From Mytilus trossulus (lineage: Eukaryota), in the NCBI RefSeq assembly GCF_036588685.1, contig NC_086373.1, positions 16,926,001 to 16,990,000 of the forward strand: a DNA stretch of 64,000 nucleotides, in the 5' to 3' direction. A model generated the notes under the pieces. The model saw nothing but the letters and a program-made list of their open reading frames with translations, did no database searches and had not been told where the DNA came from. Of this stretch, positions 1 to 13,400 are shown piece by piece. Position 1 is the stretch's first letter. Each line of letters starts with the position of its first letter. The translations under genes were made by a program, and so were the position numbers.

Positions 1-1284
1 AAAAGTATGAGCTAAACCATTGAAGTAGAAGAACCGATTTTTTATCTGACAACCCAACCAGTCAGCACATCTTCAGCGGATTTTGTTTGAAAACGTCATG
101 GTTAGCTCTAGATACAAGACCTCGTGAAAATGACAAAAGTATTGACAGAATGTTAGATTGTCAAAGGTATACATATTTAGAAAAAGCATTCAATTGTTGA
201 AAATTGTATCATGGTTCAAACCGATAAAGTCATTACTGCAAACTTCAACTGAAAACATTCAAGTTATTATTCTGCAAAACTATCGTATTGTGTTTTCTGT
301 TTCTATGCATCGCTGTAAATATAACGAAATTGGATGAGACTGGCATACAAAGTGAGAGGTTTAGCGCTATAAAACCAGGTTTAATCCACCATTTTCTACA
401 TTTGAAAATGCCTGTATCAAGTCAGGAATGTGACAGTTGTTGTCCATTCGTTTTTGATGTGTTTGTCATTTGAATTTTGCCATGATTAGGGACTTTCCGA
501 TTAGATTTTTCTCTTGTATTTTTGTGATTTACTTTTTTCCTTCAAAAGATGATTATGTTTTCATGGTGCTACTGAGATGTACTTGTTGTAACGAAACAAC
601 AAAAATCTCCTTTTATTTATAATAAATTAATAGTTCCATAATTTCTATTGTGCTGTAGTAATTTCATGTTATATATACTTAAGTTTTAATACATTTAAAA
701 TGTCAAAATTAGGCATTAGTACTTTATAAGAATTATGTGTATGGGTTCATAATTTTTTTCAGTACATTATATCTCGTTTGAAGTTTGATTTGTTGTAAAG
801 AATGTCTATATTAATTCTTACTAGGTGTACATATTGTGCAATGTGGCGTACATAACAAAAACATAGTTTACGATCAATTTCATTTCGATACAATTTGAAA
901 TTACATTGTCGAAGGGCATGAAGACTAAGGAGTTGTAATCGTTTGAAGATTTGAAGAATTTTGAGAATTTCAGAATGCGAATACATCTTTAACCATTTAT
1001 AACGATGATCCAGGTTTCGAACATTAATATTAAGATTTAAAAGAAAATATTATACGTACAGACCATCTTCGAAGGTGTCAAATTGTAATACTTCATTTCG
1101 TTACAATTAGGCATTACCTTACCGCGTGGCATATGGACTAATTAGTATACGGGTAGGACTGCTGCAGATTAGTAATAAAGAGAGTTTTAGGAAATGTAAA
1201 TACATCTTTAATCATAATTCGTTTTTTAAATATATGATATATAACACTGATTCGGTTGATAGATGATTCAAAAACAATATTTAC

Positions 1285-2318
1285 CTGCAACAAGAATGTA
1301 ACATTCAGGTGATAATAACTCTGAACGCTTGAACTTTGATGTTTTTTCAACATCTGGAAATATGCTATTCAAATTTTGTTGGAAGTTGACTGGAAGGTCT
1401 TTATAAAAGTTTAAAACTTTGTCGTAAAGTTTCATTAATTTCTCTGTATTTCCTCTGTGATAAAGCAAATCTTGATGCAAAACTATACCACCCTGAAAAG
1501 TTAATGAAATGAATATGTTTAACTATAAATCTTAGCTAAAAACGTTATTCAAATCTCAATATAGATTCTTAGCATATGAATGTACATATTCAGTAAATGC
1601 TGCTTCATGCATAACATAGCACCTGGAAGTGATTTGGAATAATCTTTATGATCTACATTCATTGGTGTTAAACCAATTTTGCAACACATATCCATATTTA
1701 ACCCCATATACCTACATCAAAAATATATCATTCATATAAAATTTTGAATAAAGCGTATGTATTATAGGTTGTGCCTTTAGTTTCAAATTTTATTGCATTT
1801 GTCAGGACATAGTAATTTTTATCAGGACAGATATAACAAAAAGTAAAATCACAAAAAGTACCGAACTCCGAGAAAAATTCAAAACGGAAAGTCCCTACTC
1901 AAAACAATATTGGAATATTCTTCCTTAAAGTGAAACGTCTGCAATCGACATACAAGACCATAAATTGGTATTTTGCATTAGAACAAACCACTGTATTTAG
2001 GTAAGTCAAACGTTAAGTGGTGTAGTAGATTAAAATATCTGGATTTAAAACCTGTAATCAGATATTAATCTATTGAAGTAATGCAAAATACTTTAGTGGA
2101 TGCAATCAACATGTAACCGTTTAAGCACTCACCTCGTCATCCTCAGGCCTTTGATGTGTCTTGTCCCAATCAATCAACAACACTTTGATAATCTCATCCT
2201 TTGCTTTTATACCTTTAGTATTTAGTCCCCATGATCTTGCAAATCTTATACCTGTAGAAACATCAGGAATTTTGATTATATCGTCTCGACATTCAATATT
2301 ATACTCCTTAGAAGACAT
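1285..2318 (-). CDS. Gene A: 5' part (exons 1-2) of a dynamin-like GTPase-kinase paralogue; the rest lies left of the window
   Basis: Exon 1 2318-2133 (ATG, 186 nt, MSSKEYNIECRDD...PEDDE|gtgagt). Exon 2 1492-1285 (208 nt, GGIVLHQDLLYHRG...ILVAG|gtaaat). Exon sizes and phases match gene B, and the exon 2 protein is identical to B's. Confidence 0.8.
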
Positions 2319-2599
2319 TATTATATCATGTCGCTTGACGTAGTCAATAAATTTTCCATCTTGTATTTTTTTGTTACTCTTAATTTTCAGTTTTAGCAAG
2401 AGAATGCTTGTGATAGTAGCATATTATATTTTACATCCTTGCATATGCTTCTAGGTAGCTCAGTAAGAACAACAATTGCCCGATCGTTCATTACAGCTTT
2501 GGCATTTAAATTGATGTGGTATAGATATGTCATTAGCATGATAATCATTTGTTATTATAACAAATAACTACACAATGAGACCTCCAAACATAATTTTTA

Positions 2600-5500
2600 A
2601 ACAATTAATTAAGAGACTTGTTCTGTTGGGTAGGTAGAATAGAATATTCAATAAAAGAGGATCTGTGAGGGCTCAAAGAAGACTACGATTTTTTTTAAGC
2701 AAACAAGAAAAAAATATAAACTAAAGTATGATGAAACAATGGATGCGTTTTCACTTTTCTTCCTGTGCTTTTCAATTTTATAAACTCCTCAACGTTATTC
2801 TAGATTTACGATTTTAAAATATTTTGTTTTCTAGAATAATTTAAGAGACATGAAGTGTATCATATTTAATATAGGTCTGAACGATTACTGAAAGACTGAA
2901 CCAAACCTAATTATTTACAGTTCATTCTTAAAAGAGATAACCAGATCAAAATTAACGTTTCATTGCAAAATCAGTGTTCTACTGGTTTATTAACCATCGT
3001 TTCTATTAACATGTGAAGATATTTTGAGACCGAAATTGGGATACATGTTAATAGATTCATAATTTCAAAGCATTTGCATTTTATTTTAAGGAAAAAGACA
3101 TTAGGAAAAAAGTGATTTGCCTCTTCATTCGTCCACAATCTGTAAGTATATATAATATATACAGCAAGATTAAGTATATAAGAATGATAGGAAATAATAA
3201 AGAAAATTACAAAACAGAAGAAAGGGGTATACCCATTTGCATTTCTTTTATCTGGCATGAATTAATCCGGCTTTTGTGGTGGTATTAAGGAAATCATCCC
3301 CGCCGCTACATGTCTAGTCCATCATATAACTTACTTAGCAAATTGGGACTGAAAAAACTAGAAGAAGAGTTACGAAAGCACCCTTTTGGACGATACCAAG
3401 GCTGAGACGGTCAATTTTCTTAGAGTAAAATAGGTATTTGAAGTTTATACCTTAAATTTTTTCGGATGTGTTGTTCATGGTAACATCAGTCTTTGGTAAT
3501 TGTCGAATGGTATAATTACAAGAGGATTAACCACTTTGTAAAATAGGATATGCATGATACCAGATGGACAGTCAAACTCATAGATCGAAAATAAACTGAC
3601 AACTCCGGAGCACCTGAGATCACCCCTAGTTTTTGGTGGGGTTCGTGATGTTCATTCTTTAGTTTTCTATGTTGTGTAATGTGTACTATTGTTTTTCTGT
3701 TTGTCTTTTTCATTTTTAGCCATGACGTTATCAGTTTGTTTTAGATTTATGAGTTTGACCGTCCCTTTGGTATCTTTCGTCCCTCTTTTATGGCTAAAAT
3801 GAAAAAAGACAAACAGACAAATAATAGCACACATGACACAGCATAGAAAACCTTAAGACTAAGCTAAACGAACCCCACCTTTTCTAGTTCTTGTTCCGTT
3901 TCTGTGTGTGTTACATTTTAGTGTTATGTCGTTGTTCTCCTCTTATATTTAATAGGTTTCCCTCGGTTTTAGTTTGTTACCCCGATTTTGTTTTTTTTTG
4001 TCCATGAATTTATGAGTTTTGAACAGCGGTATACTACTGTTGCCTTTATTTGGAACCAATAATTGTGCTTAATTAATATCACACGGTTGACACAAAATGC
4101 GCCGGTCAAGTATTCTCTTTTTGTCGACTTGTTCCTTTTTTAAGTCAAGCTAAGTAAGGCGTCTCAAGAAAAATTCACATGACTCAGCTTTCTCTTATAA
4201 CTTTACATTTCGCTGCTGATCACTTGCAAAATCACAACTGCAGTGTATTGCTATTAAGATCCCAGATATAACATCGAAGTTGACATGAGTTATACTGTAT
4301 ACGACTTATCTTTAACTTGTTTGTAATTGTAATCAGTAACAAGGATTTTACACAAGCAAATATGCATTTTCATATCCAAACTGGTTTTACACAAGTAATT
4401 TTGGGGCCCTTTATAGCTTTTTGTTCGGTGTGAGCCAAGGCTCCGTGTTGAAGGCCGTACTTTAACCTATAATGGTTTACTTTTTAAATTGTTATTTGGA
4501 TGGAGAGTTGTCTCATTGGCACTCACACCACATCTTCCTATATCTATTGACTTACACGGTAGTAAAGAATGTTTAAGTATTCAAATTGAATATCTATTTT
4601 CATCAAAACACAAGGTTTAAATTTGTAAAACAACGTTATAAAAGTCAAAACGGGTAGTCTTTTATCGCAGCTGACCTCACCAAGTGAAACAAACTTATGT
4701 ATGATCGGAGCATTTACGAGCTTAATAATAAATTATATACCAGTTCCCCTATGTGAATTGTCTGTAATTATGTAGCGAAACTACACTCAGTTTCTGCAGA
4801 TTTGGGTCAAAAGAAATATTTATTTCTCAATTGGCAATATTAAAGGAACGGAAGTGGGTATTTACAACGAAGCTGTTGGGCCGTCACCTTTGCGTTCTTA
4901 GTAATTAAGTTAAAGTTATAAAATCAGAAGTTTTACTGATTTTAAAGATTTCATTAGACTTTATAGAATAACTCTGTAACACATACCAACGGATATGTTC
5001 TTCGTGTCGGAGATACAATTTCGTCCTCTTTTCTTTCTATATCATTCCATTAATGATTATGATTTATCTCTTGCAGCATGGCAGATATCACTATTTGAGT
5101 ATTGTACTCCTTGTGAGCACCTAGGCTCATACCTTTGTTTGGGGGTGATTTGATATTGCTCACTTTCCTGTGTTCAAATTATGATTTTATTTTTTGCCTT
5201 TATATTAAGCCATGGTGTTTGTCTTTCTTTGTTGTGTTTTTTTTTTAGAATCCTCCTCTTCTTCTGTATTTTCTGCCTTTCAGTTTTATAATTATTTTAT
5301 ATAAAGATTTATGTTTTCGACATTTTATATGTCAATAATGAAAGTATTGTTCACTTTTATTAATTTCAAATCTACATATTATGCATTTCAAAGTGTTTTA
5401 CTATTTATTTTATCAAAAGTGTCTATGCCCCTTTATATTGAGTTATGTACTGTATCAGCTCGTCAATAGTGTTTTCCCTTAAGCTATAGCAAACCACATG

Positions 5501-7419
5501 CCATAGTCACTACCTCCGCAAACAAAAAATAATTCAGAACAAATTGCAATTTTTATATCCTTGTACTAATGTCGTAGAAATTTTTCAAAAAATATTTTTA
5601 TATCTGTAGCTTCGGGTCTCAGATTTTGATCTTTAGCCCAGCATGCTTTTATTAGATTTTGCCAATTTTCATCTGGTTTATATTTCAATGATAACGATGG
5701 TCGCAGTCCTTCGTCCACTACCGCCCTTTCCAGGGAGGTATACAGTTGTTGTTGTATATGATCTGCTGCATCGATGCCATACCACATCTCCCAAAGCATT
5801 ATTCCGAGTGCATAAATATCTGCTCTTCTGTCATAAATTCCTTTCGGAACCAGTACTTCCGGTGCCATATACACAGGTGAACCTAGAATTGATCCACCAA
5901 TGTGATCCTCCCTCTTTGTCAACCCTACATCGGTAAGTTTGACTACGTCATGTCCATCTTTTTTCACCGTCTACAAGGACGATAGATAATGTAAAGTCAG
6001 TAAATGAATATTTGATTGCATTCACAGTTTGATAGAAGTGTATTTTAATGATTGTTAGGATATCTTTGTTCAAATTGAAATTTTAATATAATGGTTTCCT
6101 CTCTTTGTTTAATTACATGTGTAATAAAATGTTTCCACTATTTACTTTATTTAACTATATAAATTTCGTTGAACATTACTTTATTTACTGGCTCATAAAT
6201 ATACTTCAGATCTTAGTACTACTTTTATGGTAAATCTTGATACCATTTGTCGATTGTTGTATCAGTCACAAAGGTTCAACTACTAGTACTTAGAGCAAAG
6301 TATGGCCGTACGGTGACCTATAGCTGTTAATGTATGTGTCTTAGTCTTTTGAGGTGAGTTGTCTCACTAGAAATCATACCACATTTTCTTTTTAATATCC
6401 CATTTAGGAAGGTGACAAAATAAATGTCTTGGTCCAAGAATTGAGAATGGGTAACCACTTACATGAAACAACAAAATATTGCACAGAAAATAAAGGATTG
6501 ACCAACATGATCTTCACCAAAACTGGTGATAACAAAAAATGAGCTGTTAGTACTATGTGTATTGTTTAAAATTGCTCTTATATTAGTATTGTCAGTATTT
6601 TAAAGATTTCAATAAATTTACCAAAATGTTTTCTAATTTCATATCACGATGAACCATTTTCTTCTTATGGAGAAACTCTAGTCCTTCACATATCTGGGCA
6701 GCATATCTTGCAAGCTCCTCCATTTGTTCTAATTGTACAGAGTATATCTCCACTTTACCAGGGTTTTCGTAGTCTGGGTTAATAAATTTATTTTTCAGTG
6801 TGTCATCGCAGTATTCCATTATCATAATCCAATGAACCATTCTCCTGGTTTTACCGCTCTGTTGTAATGTGCATCCATAATATTGTATAATATTCGGATG
6901 CTGTAGTTCCCTGAAATTAAAATGTGTACATCTGTAACATTTTGTTCTTTTGACAATCGCCGTTGCTTGCCTCCTTTACGATTTAATTATCATTCATATC
7001 GTTTTCTAACAAACGAAAAAATAAAAAAAAGCAATATCATATATTCTCATTATTGAAGCGACGATTCAGTTTTCATAAAGATTCCTTTACGCGAATAGTT
7101 ATACTTCCCCTATAATGCTTTAAAATTATACAAAACAGAACTGAAATTGACATCAAAACCATATTTAGATTAAAACAACATCAAACTAATATTGTTTTTA
7201 TATTGGCTAAGCGACAATACCTTAATGTTCTATCTTCTAATAAAATGTCTGATATAACCTTCTCCGACAATGGATCTTTGCAATATTTCAGTGCAACATT
7301 TTCATTCTGGTTAGGTAGTTTAAGTTGACCTTTGAACACGTCTGCAAACGCTCCACTTCCTAAAAGATCATCTCTGTCCCATTCGACGTCACTTAATCTG
7401 TAGTCCATGTCCATGATGT
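2600..7419 (+). repeat. Near-identical duplicated block matching ~18870-26253 (kinase exons, introns, 3' flank and the next gene's upstream region)
   Basis: Direct comparison shows introns 8 and 9 and the flanks almost base-for-base identical. The second copy has an extra ~3 kb of retroelement sequence. Confidence 0.85.
4383..4547 (+). mobile_element. Short interspersed repeat insertion specific to the B 3' flank
   Basis: Absent at the equivalent site in the C flank (~23381). Ends in the common motif GAGAGTTGTCTCATTGGCA..CACCACATCTT, also seen at ~6355, ~25190 and ~44400. Confidence 0.6.
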
Positions 7420-10400
7420 GATATACGAAAAACAAGTCCAATTCACCCTGAATAGTCTGACCTGAGGAAATAAACTGTGGATACATCGTATGCAAGTTAT
7501 CGTCTGCCTTTCTTACACTGTGTGTCAGTTTTTCTAATAGCTGGCTATCTGCTTTAAGAAATTCAGGGATTTTCTTGGCAATCTCATCCACGCCTTTCAC
7601 CAGTTTCTTAAGATAGTGGGAAATTTTGTCTTGTAGTTCGTTTCCTTGTACAATTGATTTAATAAACAGGTCTGTTGCTTCAGCCATTTTCTTTGTACTA
7701 TTTTCTTTTTTGTAACTTTTAAATTTTTCTCTAAATTGTTTGTTGCCTGCTATTGCTGAACACACGACTGCTACAGCTCCGCCTAAGCCTTTGATCTCAT
7801 CTACATCATCTCTCTTTGCTTTTTTCCATATACTTTTGACAGGTGCTTGCTTCTTTATTGATTTGTAGAGGTCCCTAACAATCTTTTTATCATGTTCTCC
7901 AAGAAAAGTACCTTCAAACGAGAAAATTATTCAGCAACAATGCGAGTGTAGTTTCTTTAAGTAATATGCTGTGATAATTAGTTAGTTCGTCAACAACATT
8001 TGAGTTTGTATGTTTCACCTCTCTTTTGTTTAATTACCTATCATGACTTTTGGCATATATTTCGCGAAGATGTTACCTCAGAATGAATAAGACAACATTT
8101 GACTAAAAAAATGAAATATACAATAATGATGTGATGTTCATTACACGCACTTTTATAGATTCTCAATTACTCAACCACGTTGACAGGTCTCATTGACAAT
8201 CAAATCAAATTGCTATCTTTTCATAACGACTTCTTTAAAATTATCAGCCTCAAAAGAATTCAAAGTTAACCCACATACTAAAACAACAACAACAACCCCA
8301 AATCAATACATAAAAAAAAATTCTAGTCTCACTAGCACATGTGGATAAAGGGCATGCTTATAAATGTATGCTCATGGTTTTTAAGAATTAAAAATCTTGT
8401 TGGTTTTTTTTAGATGCGTTAATAATATTTCGATATCATTTAATTCCTTTTCACAAATACTTATTTATGACAATACACACTGATAAATAAAGGCAACAGT
8501 AGCAAACCGGTGTTCAAAATTCATAAATCGATTGAGAAAAAAACAAATCCGGGTTAAAAATCAAAACCGAGGTCATCGCATCAACTATAAGAGGAATACA
8601 CAGAATTAAAAGGAACACCGAAGTGCAACAAAAACAAATTCTAACAAAACTATTTGATACAAACTGCCATATACCTGACTTAAAGGACATTTTAAAAATG
8701 GTGGGTTGAACCTGGTTCATTGGTATGCCAAACCTCCCGCTTAATGACAATGCTAAACATGAAAACCGCAGAACAACGAACATATTTCATGAACGATAAA
8801 CACCATATGATATCAAAATTAGTGACGCGCATACGTAACTAACATGCAATCCCGAACCCAGAATGGTTTGAGATTGTAATAATTTGTAATAACATTATGG
8901 TACCAATTTGTGCTGCTCCAGATATGCATTTCGACAATGTCTGCTCAGTGATGATCGAAGCCATAATATATGAAAATCAATAACTATTGAAATGAATTAG
9001 AAAATGCCTTGTTTTTTATAGACATATATAACAAAGAGAAATCATGGTTTGTCAGAGACTTTACCTTCTATAGCTTCAATTTGGTCCTCTAGAAGGTCGC
9101 AATCTCGTTTGAATTTCTTTATCATTTTCTCTTTGAGTGAGTGGACAACTCGTTGCTCCTTTTCCCATTTATTAAGCTCTGCTGAAACTTTACTGGAAAT
9201 TTTGTCAGCTGCTTCCTTTGCTAACTTCTTATAATTACCAGGCCGTGGACATTCATCCTGTTTCCAGTCATTCAATATGCTTCGCATGCTCGGTGACCTT
9301 AAAACTTCACTTGTTGTTTTGTGCAACTGCATTATCTCATACTGTAGTTCCCTTCTGAGATCGTCAATGGTTTGTTTAGATTTCTCCCCCAAAGCGTGCA
9401 TATTTCGTTTGATTTCTGCCATCTGTTTCGTCATTTCTTGTTTGTCAACAGCGTCTATGGTCTTTGAAACTTTAAGGGTATAATTGGCTCTTTTAACTAT
9501 TTGAGACAACCAGCTAAAACCCAAAATTAAAGGAATGCGTTAATACCGCTCACAAACATGTTTATCCTCTCAACTTTTAATGTTTTTGTCTTAAGTCTTT
9601 AACATTTAAATTAGTGGTTGCGATTGTCCTTTATTTTTTTATTATTTTTCTTTACTATAATTACGAAAATTACGTCGTCGTTATCTTTTATGGAAGTGCT
9701 TTACCACAGCATTATCGTTATACAATCTACCAAAACACAATTTTGTTTACAGCGGAATGCATTGATTGTGTAGGTTAAGGTAGAATGTTTGGTTAGCTTG
9801 CTTGTTAGCTGAACTGCGAAGGCATTATTAGATTAGGTATACTGCCCTCTTTTCGGCGTAGTCAAGTACAGACAGAGATTAGTGACATGTTTAATGAGGG
9901 TAGTTTACCTAACACAATAATGACTTCACGGTTCAGCTAGCAAGCCAAATAAGCAAAGATATTACCTTTACCTAAGCATTCTGCTGTAAAGGATGAGCCA
10001 TACCGGCAAAACCTTAGGCAAAGTCGTTCAGTCATTTCGTTGACAGTGCCTTAAACCATAACTACTTCGTCGCATAATCTGTTCGGAAATAAATTTAGTC
10101 AACTAAAGCTGAGGCTATATATTCGCCAAACGGATAGATGCTAGATGATAAAAAGGGACCTAAATGAAATCCAAATGTATAATATTTCCCAGCCTTAGTT
10201 GGAATCTTTATGTCTTAAAAACAAATGGATAATTTTGCACGTGTTGCTGATATGCAACATTACTTTTGATTATCCTGTCGATTAACTTAAAAAAAAGTTA
10301 ATACCTTTGTAACTTTTAGAATATTGTTTTTGATAATGCTTTTAATTTTTCCTATTCAAAATCCACTTACACTATTTAGAAATGTCTGTCTTTAAATAAG

Positions 10401-13400
10401 ATAAAAGAAATAAGTATGCATTACCAGTAATGTGAATTGAGTTGTTGTCGTAAACTTGCAGGAAACAAATTCTGTAATCCTTTCGAAATAAAATCTTTAT
10501 GAGCAGGATCCATGGCTCCGTATTCCAATGCCCGTTTTGCCTATATGTAAGAAAAGCAATTGTAATGAATTCTACAAAATACATTAATACCATTATCAAC
10601 TCACTTTTTATGGACGAAACAGAACAACTCATTTAAGAAGAAAGATCAGAAGTTAGCAATATCCTATATATACTCTATATAGATGATGTTCTCTAACTAA
10701 ATAAAACAAAATTTGGTGACTTTGTTGAATGAATCTGTTCCATCATACTTGAGATAAAGAATATAACAGATACAGTTTATTCTGCATCATATTTTGACTT
10801 TTTTGTTTCTCAGTCTTTATTTTTCTATATTGTGTCTTTTGTACTATTATTTGTCTGTTTTTATTTTTATTTTTAGCCATGGCGTTGTCAGTTTATTTTC
10901 AATCTATAAGTTTGACTCTCCCTCTGGTATCTTTCGACCCTCTTTTCCTTTTAACAGTACATAAACATTAATTTAGAATTAATACTAAAGGACTAAATTG
11001 TTTTAAAGAATCTCAAAGGAGAAATTGTGTAGAAAATATAGCAATATAAACCAGCAATAAGTAAAAAATGCCATGGTTGAGACATATACAACATTTTGTA
11101 TCATCGAACACGTGAATAATGATGACAAGAATATCGACTATGACACGATCCTGAGAGTGACCAGAGAAGAGAAACCAACTATTTTGAAAATTGCAATTGC
11201 AAATTCAGAGACAACGTACGAAAATTATTCCTGAAAATCAAAAACCTTAACATCACAAGCAGAACTTGCCTGTAACACATGCCTAAAAATATATTGATAA
11301 CCAAAATAAACAGACCAAGTTTTAGCCAATTTTTTAATCATGTTCGTAGTTTTTCTCCTCCCCACTCATTTATAAATTTATATCGTTCGATTTGGTTTCA
11401 GTACTCAATCAAATGTAAAACAAATTAACACTTTGATATATACCTCTGTAGTTGAAAAGTAGAATATTTGTTCCTCTCGAAGTCCCTGAAAAATTGGCTC
11501 TAGTTTGTACAAAATATTTCGTTTTATTTCTTCTCGGTCCTTAATTGGCACGACATCCCATTTATTGCATACAAACAATGTTGAAGATGGGCTGAATTCT
11601 TCGTCTAAAGTATTTTCCACATTTCGCAGAAAATCTTTCAGCTAAAATACACAAAATAGATATAGGAAGATGTTGTGTGAGTGCCAATGAGACAACCCTT
11701 CATTCAAATAACAATTTAAAAAAGGAAACCATTATAGGTCAATGTATGTTTGTTATATCACAGTTTCAGTAAGTGTATCAAGCATATTTTCTTTTTCATT
11801 AAAGGAAAAGGCTTCGTATGATTTGAGATTACATTTTTCTAAGGATCATTTTATCAAACAAGAAAACTTCTGGGTGTAAAGATTGTGAGGAAGTGAAGTG
11901 TAGTTTAAAGTATAAAAATGCATAACTTTCAAACTGAATTTAAAGGACAATCAAAAGCATTTTATTCAAGACAACAACAAGTTTGTTTGTTTTAACATTT
12001 ACAAAAGTAAATGATGGTTGGTCCTCTCCTCTATGTCATCAACAGCTAATAGAACTTAAAACTTCTCTTCTACTTCTTTTGGCATTACAGGTTTTTTTAA
12101 TCGAGCGTCACTGATGAGTCGTTTGTAGACGACATGATCCAGGCGCGCAAATTATAAGCCTGGATTTTTTTTATTAGTTTTCTTACCCTCCCTCTCTGGA
12201 CGCCACCTGCATTTGATGTATTTACAACATAAATGAAGCCACATGACTTTGAAAGGTACTTTTGAAAAGACTGATGCATCTGGATTTCACCAAAACCAGG
12301 AGTGTCTATTATAACAAGACCTTCCTGAAAGAAAAAAAAGGAAACCAATTTAATACAAAACTATTTAAGCCTGCACTTCTGTTTTATTAATACATGTATA
12401 ATGTTTTATGGTTATAATGTTTTGTTCTTTCGTTATAATTTTTTTCTTAATTATTAAGTGCCGGAATGATTTTTTGAATGGTCGATGATTACAGTTTAAA
12501 TATAAGAAGATGTGGTATGAGTTCTAAAGAGACAAATATCAACTAGAGGAAAAAATGAGAACGTTAATAACATCAGGACACTTGACAGCCTTCAACACTT
12601 AGCAAAATACCCAGGGTATTGTAAGCGTTACAGGGCTCGTTATGTCAAATTTGAAAACAAATGTTGTTTAGTTCTTCCTTTAACTCTGGGGATCTGGGAT
12701 GGATGCCTATATGAATTGTCTTTTTCACGGTGCAATCATAATGTATAAATATACCATACCGACTTAAAAACAGGGAAACATCGGGTTCCTCTATGACTCT
12801 TTTTTGTTCATAACCATAAATTGAAAGAACTCTTTAAACATGCGCGTGTGGGCAGTTCTTAATAGAATTGTATGTTCAGCATTAGACAAATAAGTTTACA
12901 TGAAATGAAATGCTCTTCAACTTCGAATTTTATCCAGCCTTTTTAACATTTTTTTTATTTGTGCGTCACTGATGAGTCTTTTATAGACGAAAAGCGCATC
13001 TTGCGTAAATAAAAAATTTCAATCCTGGTATCTATGATGACCTTATAAACTTACATAAAACTAGGGTCTAAAAAAATTATCATCTAACAATATTTTTCGT
13101 TTAAACGTTCCAGCCACCCGATACACTCAGTCAAGAGTTCCTTTTTATGTGATTATCATGATTTCTGATTTCATAAGCAGTTTCTACATTTCCATAGAGC
13201 ATGAAATTTCATTAACCCATCGTATGATAATGATAACTTTAGTATTCCTCTATCACATTATAACATACCTCAATAATTTCAGTTGGCCAATATATTTCAA
13301 TTTTATCGAAAGGATTGTCACCAAAATTGTCTTCATAAGTAATGTTACTCTTTAACTTTTCTTGTCCATCCTTTGTACTCAGATCTAGTTTTACTTCCTT

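Noticed and set aside
489-498. GGGACTTTCC at 489 and its reverse complement at 1886-1895
   Set aside because: Both are embedded in a common interspersed repeat (a related copy lies at ~51575), so they are not locus-specific evidence of regulation.
2971-3258. 95-aa ORF repeated at 19239-19526
   Set aside because: It lies in a recently duplicated upstream block, so the repetition reflects DNA identity. It has low-complexity AT-rich composition, no motifs and no splice link to the genes.
5643-5936. Plus-strand ORFs overlapping exons (also 9049-9483, 13342-13575, 24474-24767, 27248-27688, 30390-30662, 57190-57393, and 52389-52748 on the minus strand)
   Set aside because: They are antisense shadows of real coding exons.
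10372-10632. ORF-track peptides over exon 6 (also 28177-28437)
   Set aside because: Wrong frame or intronic. The spliced exon 10540-10425 reads AKRALEYGAMDPAHKDFISKGLQNLFPASLRQQLNSHY.
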